Source: Candidatus Woesearchaeota archaeon | GTDB lineage: Archaea > Nanobdellota > Nanobdellia > Woesearchaeales > GW2011-AR4 | Reading direction: 5' to 3' | DNA: 43,026 bases | Assembly: GCA_019323655.1 (NCBI GenBank) | Contig: JAHWGX010000063.1 | Coordinates: 1-43,026 of the forward strand | The notes under the pieces: model-generated | Seen by the model: only the letters and a program-made list of their open reading frames with translations | Database searches by the model: none | Told to the model about the DNA's origin: nothing | In this document: positions 1 through 9,317 of the stretch, piece after piece | Numbering within the stretch: position 1 is the stretch's first letter | Layout of the letters: every line of letters begins with the position of its first letter | Position numbers and translations under genes: made by a program

Positions 1-21
1 AGGCTGTTTAAGGTGTTTCAT

Positions 22-402
22 ATGAAAACAAAATTTTCAAGTTCATGGGCAGGAAGCAAGCAACCAAGGAAACAAAGGAAGTACAGGCATAATGCCCCGC
101 TGCACACAAAACAAAAATTTGTTGGTTCGCACCTCTCAAAGGAGCTGCGCAAAAAATACAACAAGAGAAGCATTGGCATAAGAAAAGGTGACAGCGTTAA
201 GGTAATGAGGGGGCAATTTAGGAACAAAAAAGGGAAGGTCGAGGAAGTCAGTTTAAAGATGACCTTGGTCTATGTCAGCGGCATTGAAGTTTTAAAGAAA
301 GACGGCACCAAATCCAGATACCCGCTCCACCCGTCAAATTTAATGATTACAGAACTTAACATGGAAGATAAAATGAGGGGTAATATATTCAAAAGGAAAT
401 AA
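22..402 (+). CDS. rpl24: 50S ribosomal protein L24 (uL24)
   Basis: Translation MKTKF...GDSVKVMRGQFRNKKGKVEEV has the KOW motif typical of archaeal L24. The ATG at 22 is preceded by AGGTG (11-15). It is the first gene of the conserved L24-S4e-L5-S14-S8-L6 order. Confidence 0.9.
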   Translation: MKTKFSSSWAGSKQPRKQRKYRHNAPLHTKQKFVGSHLSKELRKKYNKRSIGIRKGDSVKVMRGQFRNKKGKVEEVSLKMTLVYVSGIEVLKKDGTKSRYPLHPSNLMITELNMEDKMRGNIFKRK

Positions 403-403
403 A

Positions 404-1093
404 ATGTCAAAACACCTTAAAAGAAATTTCGCACCAAGAAACTGGAAAATTAATAAGAAAGGGATAAAGTTTATTGCTAAACCCAGTCCCGGCCCACATA
501 AAATGAGCATGTCTTTACCACTAAATGTCATTATGAGGGACATTTTAGATTATGCAAATACAAACCGAGAGGTAAGGTTTATACTGCAAAATAAAGATGT
601 CAGGGTTGATGGCTCCAGGATAAAAGACTATAGGTTTCCTGTGGGTTTATTTGATGTCTTATCATTAGATGAAGTGGATGAGCATTTTAGAGTAATTTTA
701 GACAAAAAAGGAAAATTAGACCTTATTAAAATAGGGAAAGGTGAAAGCAATCTAAAGCTGTGCAGGATAGCAGGAAAAACCATCGTTAAGGGGAAGACCC
801 AATTGAATTTGTATGATGGAAAAAATATTATTGCAGGGGAGGGAAATTATAAAGTAGGAGATTCTGTTTTGCTTGCCCTAGGCAAAAATGAGCTGAAGGA
901 AAGTATAAACCTTGGGAAAGGCGTTTTGATATACCTTATAGGTGGAAAACATACAGGCCACATCGGAAAAGTCCAGGATATAATAGGCAACAGAATCCTA
1001 TACAAAACAGAAAAAGGGGATATTGTTGAAACTTTAAAGGCGTATGCGTTTCCAGTAGGCAAAGACAAGCCATTAATAACCTTAACAAAATAA
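404..1093 (+). CDS. rps4e: 30S ribosomal protein S4e (eS4)
   Basis: 229 aa with the N-terminus MSKHLKRNFAPRNWKI typical of S4e. It lies 1 nt after L24, in the canonical operon position. Confidence 0.92.
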   Translation: MSKHLKRNFAPRNWKINKKGIKFIAKPSPGPHKMSMSLPLNVIMRDILDYANTNREVRFILQNKDVRVDGSRIKDYRFPVGLFDVLSLDEVDEHFRVILDKKGKLDLIKIGKGESNLKLCRIAGKTIVKGKTQLNLYDGKNIIAGEGNYKVGDSVLLALGKNELKESINLGKGVLIYLIGGKHTGHIGKVQDIIGNRILYKTEKGDIVETLKAYAFPVGKDKPLITLTK

Positions 1094-1094
1094 G

Positions 1095-1604
1095 ATGAAC
1101 CTAATGAGAGAGATAAGTGTAGAAAAAGTCACCTTAAACATCGGTGCCGGAAAAGATCAGGCTAAATTAGACAAGGGAATAAAGCTGATAAAAAACATAA
1201 CGAGCTATGCTCCTGTAAAAACATTTACAAAAAAAAGGATACAGGAATGGGGGCTAAGACCAGGATTGCCAATAGGGTGCAAGCTGACTTTAAGGAAAAG
1301 AAAAGCCCTGGATTTACTGAAAAAGTTATTTGAAGCAAAGGATAACCTGCTGCAAGAATCCAACATTGACAATGAAGGTAATGTCTCTTTTGGCATAGGC
1401 GAATATATTGATATCCCCGGGGTGAAATATGACCCGGACATAGGGATTATGGGCCTTCAGGTTTGCATTACACTCAAAAGGAATGGATTCAGAATAAAGC
1501 ACAGGTCCATAAAAAGACGTTTGATCCCAAAGAAACACAGAATAAAAAAAGAAGAGGCTATTAATTTTTTAAAAAACCAGTTTAATCTGAAAATAGGCGG
1601 TTAA
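1095..1604 (+). CDS. rpl5: 50S ribosomal protein L5 (uL5)
   Basis: 169 aa; the motifs [14 protein letters not shown] and [17 protein letters not shown] are characteristic of uL5. Operon position fits. Confidence 0.92.
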   Translation: MNLMREISVEKVTLNIGAGKDQAKLDKGIKLIKNITSYAPVKTFTKKRIQEWGLRPGLPIGCKLTLRKRKALDLLKKLFEAKDNLLQESNIDNEGNVSFGIGEYIDIPGVKYDPDIGIMGLQVCITLKRNGFRIKHRSIKRRLIPKKHRIKKEEAINFLKNQFNLKIGG

Positions 1605-1605
1605 A

Positions 1606-1836
1606 ATGACGTACAGCAATCACAAAAAGGAATTCAAACAGCTCAAAGCTAAACCTACCAAGATGAAAAAATTCCTTAAGCATAACGTTCCTAAAAAAAG
1701 AAGCTGCGGGAGAAGCCTTAGGAAGTGCAAGAGATGCGGCAGGATAAGGGGGCATATAAGCAGTTATGGGCTTGGATTATGCAGGCAGTGCTTCAGAGAG
1801 GTCGCAACAGATCTTGGATTTAAAAAATACAGTTGA
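1606..1836 (+). CDS. rps14: 30S ribosomal protein S14 (uS14, zinc-ribbon type)
   Basis: C-terminal CKRCGR...LCRQCFRE...GFKKY zinc ribbon typical of archaeal S14. The N-terminus is about 20 aa longer than usual; an alternative ATG at 1663 is possible. Confidence 0.85.
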   Translation: MTYSNHKKEFKQLKAKPTKMKKFLKHNVPKKRSCGRSLRKCKRCGRIRGHISSYGLGLCRQCFREVATDLGFKKYS

Positions 1837-1843
1837 GGTTAAA

Positions 1844-2236
1844 ATGTCACTAAACGATTCATTGGCTAATGCATTATCAGTAATTTTGACGGATGAGAAA
1901 GTAGGTAAAAGCGAAAGCAGAATCAGCCCATCTTCAGAAGTCATAAAAAAAGTGCTTGATGTCATGAAAAGAAATGATTATGTCGGGGAATTTGAGGAAA
2001 TTAAAGACAGAAAAGGCAACATAATCAAGCTAAAACTTGTGGGAAATATAAACAAGTGCGGCGTAATAAAGCCCCGATACAGTGTAAAAAAAGATGAATT
2101 TGAAAGGTTTGAAGAGAGGTACCTTTTAGCAAGAGGAATGGGGATACTAATCGTATCAACACCCTCGGGCATCATGGCCCATAATGAAGCAAAGAAGAAG
2201 AATATAGGGGGAAAACTTCTGGCCTATTGCTATTGA
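1844..2236 (+). CDS. rps8: 30S ribosomal protein S8 (uS8)
   Basis: The track ORF 1766-2236 overlaps S14. The internal ATG at 1844 gives MSLNDSLANALS..., an uS8-type N-terminus, and the C-terminus ...GGKLLAYCY. Confidence 0.9.
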   Translation: MSLNDSLANALSVILTDEKVGKSESRISPSSEVIKKVLDVMKRNDYVGEFEEIKDRKGNIIKLKLVGNINKCGVIKPRYSVKKDEFERFEERYLLARGMGILIVSTPSGIMAHNEAKKKNIGGKLLAYCY

Positions 2237-2238
2237 AA

Positions 2239-2805
2239 ATGAAAGACAAAAAAATTAAAAGCGGGGGGTTAAGCATAGAAATTAAACTTGAACCTAATTT
2301 AAATGCAGAGTTAGCCGGCAGCATATTAAGCCTAAGAGGGCCTAAAGGGGAAATAAAAAAAGAATTTCTGAATAAAAATATAGCTATGACGATTAAAGAG
2401 GGGGCTGTAACCCTTAAAGCATCCAAGCTAAACAAAATGAATAAGAAATTCATAAAGTCTTATGCTGCCCATATAAAGAATATGGTGGAAGGCGCCTCAA
2501 AGGGGCATAGGTACACTTTAAAGATATGCTCAGGCCATTTTCCAATGAATGTTTCTGTAAGCAACGGGCAGTTAATTGTAAAAAATTTTCTTGGGGAAAA
2601 AGTCCCAAGAACACTCAAATTAAAGCCTGGTGCAGAAGTCAAAGTTGAAGGGGACACCATTTTTGTGGAGAGCCCCAGCAAAGAGATTGCAGGGCAGGTA
2701 AGCGCTGACATTGAGAAGCTTACAATAAGGACGGGATACGACGGAAGGGTCTTTCAGGACGGTATTTGGATATCTTCAAAAAACGGGGAAGAATACAAGC
2801 AGTAA
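2239..2805 (+). CDS. rpl6: 50S ribosomal protein L6 (uL6)
   Basis: About 188 aa with a two-domain uL6-like sequence (RTLKLKPGAEVKVEGDTIFVESPSKEIAGQ). The ATG at 2239 sits just after the S8 stop; the track start at 2227 is TTG. Confidence 0.9.
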   Translation: MKDKKIKSGGLSIEIKLEPNLNAELAGSILSLRGPKGEIKKEFLNKNIAMTIKEGAVTLKASKLNKMNKKFIKSYAAHIKNMVEGASKGHRYTLKICSGHFPMNVSVSNGQLIVKNFLGEKVPRTLKLKPGAEVKVEGDTIFVESPSKEIAGQVSADIEKLTIRTGYDGRVFQDGIWISSKNGEEYKQ

Positions 2806-2806
2806 A

Positions 2807-3388
2807 ATGGGCTCAATAAAAGAACTTTTGGAATTAAGAAAGCAAATTAAAGCTAAAAAACCTAATTTTATCAGGCAGGATACCAATAAAAAGAAAAGGC
2901 TAAAAAAAAAATGGAGAAAGCCAAAGGGGTTGCATTCAAAGCTCGGGGCAAAGCTAAAGGGGAGGCCTAAACATGTGTCTAAGGGCTACAGAAGCCCGAA
3001 AAAAGCAAGGAATCTGCATAAAAGCGGGCTGCAGCAATGCATCGTTAATTCAGCAGGAGGCTTGGAGCAGCTGGATGCAAAAAAGAATTGCGTGGTTATT
3101 TCATCTTCTGTTGGAGACAGGAAGAGGATTATAATACTAAAGAAAGCGAAAGAAGAAGGCTTTAATGTGGTAAATATCAAAAATGTTGATGATTATATAA
3201 AAAAGGCAGAAGAGAAAATCCAACTAAGGAAAAAATCAAAGGAAGAAGAAAAAGGAAAGGCAAAGGAAACCAAAGCGGTAGAGAAAAAAGAAGTAGAAGA
3301 AGAATTAACAAAAAAAGTAGAAGAAGAATCAAAGAAGGAGACTGAAAAGAAGGAAAAAGACAAAATTTTGACTAAAAGGTCCAGATAA
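2807..3388 (+). CDS. rpl32e: 50S ribosomal protein L32e (eL32) with K/E-rich C-terminal extension
   Basis: The N-terminal ~130 aa match L32e (KPNFIRQD..KKRL..KWRKPKG..SK). The last ~60 aa are a low-complexity Lys/Glu tail. Confidence 0.85.
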   Translation: MGSIKELLELRKQIKAKKPNFIRQDTNKKKRLKKKWRKPKGLHSKLGAKLKGRPKHVSKGYRSPKKARNLHKSGLQQCIVNSAGGLEQLDAKKNCVVISSSVGDRKRIIILKKAKEEGFNVVNIKNVDDYIKKAEEKIQLRKKSKEEEKGKAKETKAVEKKEVEEELTKKVEEESKKETEKKEKDKILTKRSR

Positions 3389-3389
3389 A

Positions 3390-3836
3390 ATGAAACTCAC
3401 AATACAAAAAAGGCTTGCTGCACAGATTTTGAAATCTTCAGAGAATGCTATCTGGTTAGACCCAAATAGGCTTGAGGAGATAAAAGAAGCAATAACGAAA
3501 GCTGATATAAAATCCCTGATAAAAGACGATGCCATTAAAGCCAGAAGAAAAAGAGGAATTTCGCGGTACAGAGCAAGAAAAAGAAAAAAACAAAAGGGGA
3601 AGGGCAGGAGAAGAGGCCGGGGGTCTGTCAAAGGAGGCAAGCAGGCAAGGCTAAGGGAAAAAACACGGTGGATTAACCGCAGCAGGCTACAAAGAGCATT
3701 CCTCCAAAATTTAAGGGATAAAGGCATTATAAATAAGTCCTCCTACAGAATGCTCTATAGGAAGAGCAAGGGAGGAATTTTCAGAAGCGTAAGGCACATT
3801 AAAATTTATATGAAAGAGCATGGAATTGGAAAATGA
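3390..3836 (+). CDS. rpl19e: 50S ribosomal protein L19e (eL19)
   Basis: MKLTIQKRLAAQILK...IWLDPN is a typical L19e N-terminus, followed by an R/K-rich centre. Operon position fits. Confidence 0.9.
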   Translation: MKLTIQKRLAAQILKSSENAIWLDPNRLEEIKEAITKADIKSLIKDDAIKARRKRGISRYRARKRKKQKGKGRRRGRGSVKGGKQARLREKTRWINRSRLQRAFLQNLRDKGIINKSSYRMLYRKSKGGIFRSVRHIKIYMKEHGIGK

Positions 3837-4420
3837 AAAAAAGCAGCATTTATACAGTGCAGTTTAGGAGGAAAAGGGAAAGCCTGACAAATTACAGAAA
3901 AAGGCTGAAGACTTTATCGTCAAATAAGCCCAGGCTTGTTGTAAGAAAATCATTAAAAAACATACAAGCTGCAATAGTGATATATGATAAAAAGGGGGAT
4001 ATTGTCAAGGCAGCATCACATTCTTCTAACTTAAAAAAGTTTGGCTGGACTTATGGCACAGGAAATCTGCCGGCTGCTTATTTAGTAGGATTTTTACTTG
4101 GAAAAAAGGCAAAAAATGCAAAATTGGATGACGCTGTACTGGATATAGGCCTGAATAAATCAATAAAAGGCTCAAGAATCTATGCTGTTTTAGCCGGAGC
4201 TTTGGACGCTGGCTTAAACGTTCCCCACAGCGATGAGATTTTGCCCAACAAAGAAAGGCTTACTGGAAAGCACATAATGGATTATGCAAAGGTATTAGAA
4301 AAAAATTCAGATTTGTTTAAAAGGCAATTTGGCGCCTGCTTAAAGAATAAAAGCAATCTCTCTGACATACTAAAAAAATTTGAAGAAGCAAAAGGCAATA
4401 TAGCTAAGACTACAAAGTAA
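3833..4420 (+). CDS. rpl18: 50S ribosomal protein L18 (uL18)
   Basis: FRRKRE..TNY.KRL....KPRLVVRKS.KNI.AQ is an uL18 signature. There is an ATGA start/stop overlap with L19e. Confidence 0.88.
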   Translation: MKKSSIYTVQFRRKRESLTNYRKRLKTLSSNKPRLVVRKSLKNIQAAIVIYDKKGDIVKAASHSSNLKKFGWTYGTGNLPAAYLVGFLLGKKAKNAKLDDAVLDIGLNKSIKGSRIYAVLAGALDAGLNVPHSDEILPNKERLTGKHIMDYAKVLEKNSDLFKRQFGACLKNKSNLSDILKKFEEAKGNIAKTTK

Positions 4421-4421
4421 A

Positions 4422-5210
4422 ATGGAAAAGAAAAAGATGGAAGAAGAGGAAATTTTAGAGACTAAAGGTAAAAAGGATGATGATGAACGTACTAGTACAA
4501 AGAGTGCCAGTTTTGAAAAAGAAACCTGGAAGCCCAAGACATCTTTGGGCATTAAAGTAAAATCCGGGGAAATTGACAACATAGACTATATACTGAACAA
4601 CAGGCTAAAAATTTTAGAGCCTGAAATTGTAGATATATTAATGCCTAATTTGACTACAGACCTGCTGCTTGTAGGGCAGTCAAAAGGAAAGTTTGGCGGT
4701 GGCCAAAGGAGAGTTTTCAGGCAAACACAAAAAAAAACCCAGGAAGGAAACAAGCCTAAATTCGGGACTTTTGCAATAGTTGGAAATGAAGAAGGTTATG
4801 TGGGCATTGGCTATGGAAAAAGCAAAGAGACTGTTCCGGCAAGGGAAAAAGCCAATAGGAATGCCAAACAGAACATTATAAGGATATTAAGAGGGTGCGG
4901 AAGCTGGAAATGCGGGTGCAACAACCCACATAGTGTTCCTTTTGCTGTTGAAGGAAAATGTGGTTCAGTGAAGATCAGATTGATACCTGCGCCAAGGGGG
5001 ACAGGCTTATGCATAGGGGAAGAATGCGGCAAGATCCTAAAGATTGCAGGGATAAAAGACGTGTGGAGCAAAACATTCGGGCAAACTAAAACAAAGGTCA
5101 ATTTGGTTTATGCCTGCTTTGATGCTTTGAAAAAGCTTATGGAGATAAGGCTGCAAAAAGAAGCTGCTGGGAGGCTTGGTGTTTTGGAGGGACAGGCAGA
5201 CAAGCAATAA
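4422..5210 (+). CDS. rps5: 30S ribosomal protein S5 (uS5) with acidic/basic N-terminal extension
   Basis: The core FAIVGNEEGYVGIGYGKSKE..A..KA and RGCGSWKCGCNNPHSVPF are typical of archaeal S5. There is a charged leader of about 40 aa. Confidence 0.9.
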   Translation: MEKKKMEEEEILETKGKKDDDERTSTKSASFEKETWKPKTSLGIKVKSGEIDNIDYILNNRLKILEPEIVDILMPNLTTDLLLVGQSKGKFGGGQRRVFRQTQKKTQEGNKPKFGTFAIVGNEEGYVGIGYGKSKETVPAREKANRNAKQNIIRILRGCGSWKCGCNNPHSVPFAVEGKCGSVKIRLIPAPRGTGLCIGEECGKILKIAGIKDVWSKTFGQTKTKVNLVYACFDALKKLMEIRLQKEAAGRLGVLEGQADKQ

Positions 5211-5211
5211 A

Positions 5212-5655
5212 ATGGAAAAGGAAAAAAATCAAAAACTGGCTATCATAAGGGTCAGAGGGCTCACCGGGGTAAAGATTGGTATTGACCAGACTCTTAAGAA
5301 GCTGAAACTGTATAAAAAAAATTATTGTGTTGTTGTTCCAAAGAACCAAAGCTATTTAGGAATGATAAGAAAAGCCAAAGACTATGTCACATGGGGGGAA
5401 ATAGACGAAAAGACTTACAATGCCTTAACAGGAAAAAGAGGGGAAGAGTACACTGCAAAAGTATCTGACAAAAAAGGAAAAATAAATTACGGCAAGTTTA
5501 TAGATATTGGCGGGAAAAAAATAAAGAACTTTTTTAGGTTAAACAGCCCGAAAAAAGGCTATGGAAGGAAGGGCGTAAAGGCTTCGTTTACTGAGGGCGG
5601 AGCCTTGGGGTACAGAGGAGAAAAGATAAATGATATTTTGTCAAGGATGATTTAA
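5212..5655 (+). CDS. rpl30: 50S ribosomal protein L30 (uL30)
   Basis: The ATG at 5212 follows the S5 stop directly. LAIIRVRGLTGV....TLK.L.L is an uL30 signature. Confidence 0.88.
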   Translation: MEKEKNQKLAIIRVRGLTGVKIGIDQTLKKLKLYKKNYCVVVPKNQSYLGMIRKAKDYVTWGEIDEKTYNALTGKRGEEYTAKVSDKKGKINYGKFIDIGGKKIKNFFRLNSPKKGYGRKGVKASFTEGGALGYRGEKINDILSRMI

Positions 5656-6093
5656 ATGACTGTAAACAAAAGGAAAAAGTCCGCAAGGTACAGGGGAAGC
5701 AAAACCCACGGCAAGGGCTCCAAGAAAAAGCGCAGAGGCAGCGGCAACAGGGGAGGCAAGGGAAGGGGAGGCAGCGGCAAAAGGGCAGACAGCAAAAAGC
5801 CTTCTTTATGGAGAAAAAGATACTTCGGTAAGCACGGGTTCACAAGCAGAGACAAAGGGAGTGTTAAAGCAGTAAGCATAAAATATCTAGACGAGAACAC
5901 TATGGAGTTGATTTCCCAAAAGCTGATGGATAAAGATGGAGAAATTTTTTCTGTTGACTTAAAAAAGCTAGGTTTTAACAAACTTTTAAGCGATGGGAAA
6001 GCTGTAAATAAATACAGGGTAGAAGTTCCCTATGCTTCCAAAAAAGCGATTGAAAAAATAAAAAGCAAGGGGGGAGATGTTATTTTAAAATAA
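5656..6093 (+). CDS. rpl15: 50S ribosomal protein L15 (uL15)
   Basis: The Gly/Arg/Lys-rich N-terminus (KTHGKGSKKKRRGSGNRGGKGRGG) is typical of uL15. It precedes secY, as in all archaea. Confidence 0.88.
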   Translation: MTVNKRKKSARYRGSKTHGKGSKKKRRGSGNRGGKGRGGSGKRADSKKPSLWRKRYFGKHGFTSRDKGSVKAVSIKYLDENTMELISQKLMDKDGEIFSVDLKKLGFNKLLSDGKAVNKYRVEVPYASKKAIEKIKSKGGDVILK

Positions 6094-6154
6094 GGGATAA
6101 AGCTAGATAGATTTTTATAAAAAAGTTATAAAGATACAATTTCAGCCTAATAAA

Positions 6155-7570
6155 ATGTCAATCTGGAAAACAATTTTGAATAACCTGCCGGAAGTTGAAG
6201 GCCCGTCCCAGAAATTTTTAGCATTTAAGGAAAAATTAAAGTGGACATTGGTTGTTTTGGTTATTTTCTATATCCTTGGTGTGATGCCCTTATTTGGCCT
6301 GGGGCAGAATCAGCTTGAAAGGTTTGAATTTTTTTCTGTTATTTTAGGTGCAGAATTCGGAAGCCTGATAAGCTTAGGCATAGGGCCTATAGTAACTGCT
6401 TCTATTGTCCTGCAGCTGCTTAACGGCTCTGGGATTTTAAAAATGGACCTTACAAGCCCTGAGGGGAAAAAAACTTTCCAGGGAATACAGAAATTACTGG
6501 CAATATTTTTTATAATATTTGAGGCAGCAATCTATGTTTTGATGGGTGGTTTGGCTCCTCCAACCGAACTTGTAGGTACTGCGCTTTATTCACAATTGCA
6601 GCTAATACTTATATTCCAGCTTTTTTTAGGGGGCATCATGATTTTGTTCATGGATGAGGTTGTAAGCAAGTGGGGTTTCGGCTCTGGTGTAGGGTTGTTC
6701 ATAGCTGCTGGTGTCAGCAAAGGCATTTTTGTGCAAGCCTTAAACTGGCTTCCAGGCCCTTCAGGTATTGCTGGTGTAACCTACTCCTCTGGTGCAATTC
6801 CGGCATTATTCCAAAGTCTGACTGCGGGAGACCCTCTTACTGCGGGGATTAAGTTTGCCGCTTTGCTTTTTACAGTTATAGTTTTTGTCATGGTGGTTTA
6901 CACTCAGGCAATGAAAGTAGAGATACCTTTATCATTCGGAATGGTACGAGGCCATGGTGTAAGATGGCCCCTATCCTTTTTTTATACAAGCAATATACCT
7001 GTGATATTGGTTTCTGCTCTTATTGCAAATTTCCAGCTTCTGGGAAGCTTTCTTGATAATAGGGGCATTCCTTTGTTGGGGTCATTCAGCAGCACAGGCC
7101 AGCCTATCAGCGGGTTTATTTTTTGGGTAAGGCCCGTAAACATTGTAGAAATGATTATTGAACAAAAAAGCTTGCTTGTGGGCGCCACTCCTTATTTGCA
7201 AGCCCTTTTTTACATATTATTCCTTATGGTAGGAGCAATGATATTCAGCATTTTTTGGGTGCAAACATCCGGAATGGATGCCAGGAGCCAAGCAAAACAG
7301 ATAATGTCATCTGGATTGCAAATCCCTGGTTTCAGGAGGGATGAGAGGGTTCTTGAAAGGCTACTTAACAGATACATATGGCCACTTACCATAATGGGCG
7401 GCCTGGCAATAGGTTTCCTTGCTGGTTTTGCCGATATAACCGGGACATTAAGCAGCGGCACTGGAATTTTACTGGCAGTTATGATTGTGTACAGGCTTTA
7501 TGAAGAGATTTCAAGACAGCATATGATGGACATGAACCCTATGATGAGGAGATTCATGGGAGGCAGCTAA
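6155..7570 (+). CDS. secY: Protein translocase subunit SecY
   Basis: 471 aa with about 10 hydrophobic segments. It has SecY motifs (LGIGPIVTASIVLQLL, MDEVVSKWGFGSGVGLFIAAG) and sits after L15. Confidence 0.95.
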   Translation: MSIWKTILNNLPEVEGPSQKFLAFKEKLKWTLVVLVIFYILGVMPLFGLGQNQLERFEFFSVILGAEFGSLISLGIGPIVTASIVLQLLNGSGILKMDLTSPEGKKTFQGIQKLLAIFFIIFEAAIYVLMGGLAPPTELVGTALYSQLQLILIFQLFLGGIMILFMDEVVSKWGFGSGVGLFIAAGVSKGIFVQALNWLPGPSGIAGVTYSSGAIPALFQSLTAGDPLTAGIKFAALLFTVIVFVMVVYTQAMKVEIPLSFGMVRGHGVRWPLSFFYTSNIPVILVSALIANFQLLGSFLDNRGIPLLGSFSSTGQPISGFIFWVRPVNIVEMIIEQKSLLVGATPYLQALFYILFLMVGAMIFSIFWVQTSGMDARSQAKQIMSSGLQIPGFRRDERVLERLLNRYIWPLTIMGGLAIGFLAGFADITGTLSSGTGILLAVMIVYRLYEEISRQHMMDMNPMMRRFMGGS

Positions 7571-8320
7571 ATGGTTTTTGAAAATTTGCTAAACCCTATT
7601 TTTTTGCCTTTGCTTAATCTGCCCACTCTCTGGGCTATAGTCCTTCTTTCTTTTTTGATATCCTTAATCGTAACTTTGCTTTATAAGTACACTACTGACC
7701 AAAACCTAATGAAACAGCTAAAGGGGGAGATGAAAGAATTCCAGAAGGAAATCAAGGAGTTAAGGAAAGATCCTGAAAAGGCTATGCAGGTGCAAAAAAA
7801 AGCTATGCAGACAAATATGAAGTACATGACTCATTCCATGAGAAGCACTTTGTACACTTTTATTCCGATAATTATTATTTTCAGCTGGATGAACGCACAT
7901 CTTGCTTACGAGCCTATACTGCCGGGACAGGATTTCACAACAACAGCCCTTTTTGAGGAAAATACCCAGGGCACAATAGAGCTAAGCGTTCCTGAGGGGA
8001 TCACAATCAATGGAGATGCAAAAAAAGATATAGATGACAGCATGGTCAAGTGGATTTTGAGAGGAGAGGAAGGGGAGTATCTTCTTGAGTATCTCTTTGA
8101 CGGGGCAAAGTACAGCAAGGAAGTTTTGATTACTGAAAAAAATATGTACAAGGAGCCTGTAAAAAAAATAAAAGGGAGCAGTATAAAATCAATAGAAATT
8201 GCGCATAACCCTAAAAAACTTCTTAACTTGGTTTGGTGGAAACCGGGATGGCTGGGGACTTATATAATCTTTTCAATAATTTTCAGCATGGTTATAAGAA
8301 AGATAATTAAGGTTTACTGA
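7571..8320 (+). CDS. DUF106/EMC3-TMCO1-like membrane protein (archaeal YidC/Oxa1-superfamily insertase candidate) with inserted soluble domain
   Basis: TM1, then a basic coiled coil (KEFQKEIKELRKDPEKAMQVQKKAMQ), then TM2, as in the Mj0480-type DUF106 family. A ~115-aa non-hydrophobic insert then precedes the last TM. The gene starts directly after the secY stop. Confidence 0.7.
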   Translation: MVFENLLNPIFLPLLNLPTLWAIVLLSFLISLIVTLLYKYTTDQNLMKQLKGEMKEFQKEIKELRKDPEKAMQVQKKAMQTNMKYMTHSMRSTLYTFIPIIIIFSWMNAHLAYEPILPGQDFTTTALFEENTQGTIELSVPEGITINGDAKKDIDDSMVKWILRGEEGEYLLEYLFDGAKYSKEVLITEKNMYKEPVKKIKGSSIKSIEIAHNPKKLLNLVWWKPGWLGTYIIFSIIFSMVIRKIIKVY

Positions 8321-8327
8321 GGAATCA

Positions 8328-8831
8328 TTAGCTCTCACAAACCTCTACTTTTTCGGCCTTTACTGAATTTCTTACACATATTTCTATTGAGTCTTCTGTT
8401 TTTACTTTTGGAATAAACTGAATGTGCTTTATAGCCCCGTAGGCATTGAAGTCATATTCGACAGTATTGTCCCTGATTTCCAAAAGAGTGCCTCTCTCTA
8501 TGGAAAAATCATTAAAGTCCAGCAACTTTGTTCCCTTCTCCCCTGTAATCCACAGCCCCAGCCCGTTAACATCAGCGTTTCCTTTATTGTCCAGAATGAA
8601 ATGTATATAGCGGCTTTTTCCGGAGCCGGAATAACATACCTCTGCGCCATTTAGGTTCCTCAGCTTTAGATTAATGTCATAACACACATCCTCCTCTTTT
8701 AAGAGATCAAAATTGCTGCCCCAGTTCATCACAACTGCCCCAAGAGCCACGGCAAAAGAAATTAGCAAAACTGTTGCTATTAAAGGGCTCACACCTCTTT
8801 TGTTAAAGTGTGCGTCTGATTTCAGTACCAT
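8328..8831 (-). CDS. Archaeal type IV pilin-like protein (class III signal peptide)
   Basis: The N-terminus KRGVSPLIATVLLISFAVALGAVV is the canonical archaeal pilin/archaellin-type prepilin motif. The rest is a beta-rich domain with a CARDB-like ILDNKGNADV motif. Confidence 0.65.
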   Translation of the reverse strand: MVLKSDAHFNKRGVSPLIATVLLISFAVALGAVVMNWGSNFDLLKEEDVCYDINLKLRNLNGAEVCYSGSGKSRYIHFILDNKGNADVNGLGLWITGEKGTKLLDFNDFSIERGTLLEIRDNTVEYDFNAYGAIKHIQFIPKVKTEDSIEICVRNSVKAEKVEVCES

Positions 8832-8855
8832 CTTATTTAAACACTAAGGTTGATG

Positions 8856-8863
8856 TATATAAA
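8856..8863 (-). promoter_or_regulatory. TATA box candidate for the pilin-like gene
   Basis: The minus strand reads TTTATATA about 25 nt upstream of the ATG at 8831, which is archaeal leaderless-type spacing. Confidence 0.4.
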
Positions 8864-8919
8864 GATTTCTAATAAGTGATAAGCGACCGGAGAATGTTCT
8901 GTGCTCAAATAAGAAAAGC

Positions 8920-8927
8920 TTTATAAA
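8920..8927 (+). promoter_or_regulatory. TATA box candidate for rpl34e-rpl14e
   Basis: TTTATAAA lies 23 nt upstream of the ATG at 8950. Confidence 0.4.
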
Positions 8928-8949
8928 CATTTTTCGTTTTCCATGCAAA

Positions 8950-9219
8950 ATGCCAGAACCATACAAAAGATCAAGAAGCCTGAGAAGACTCCAGTTGAAA
9001 GTTCCTGGAGGAAGGACAGCTTTGCACTATAAAGAAAGAAAGCCCAAAAAAGCGATATGCGGCAAATGCGGCTCTTTGCTTAAAGGCGTTCCTCGGGAAA
9101 GGCCTCTTAAAATGCAGAAACTGCCAAAAACAAAGAAAAGGCCGGAGAGACCTTATGGAGGCAATTTGTGCAGCAAATGCATGAGAGCATTAATTGTAGA
9201 AAAAGCAAGGTCACAATAA
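8950..9219 (+). CDS. rpl34e: 50S ribosomal protein L34e (eL34)
   Basis: The sequence RSRSLRR...PGGR...Y.....K..CG.CG..L.GV...........K...RP.R.YGG.LC..C matches the L34e zinc-ribbon pattern. Confidence 0.88.
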   Translation: MPEPYKRSRSLRRLQLKVPGGRTALHYKERKPKKAICGKCGSLLKGVPRERPLKMQKLPKTKKRPERPYGGNLCSKCMRALIVEKARSQ

Positions 9220-9317
9220 AAGAGCACAATTAATTGTTCAATAAAGGTATGAATTAAAATCAATGAAATCTCTTGGGTTAATGGTGACGTGCCCTAACAA
9301 AGAGATTGGAGGGAAAA

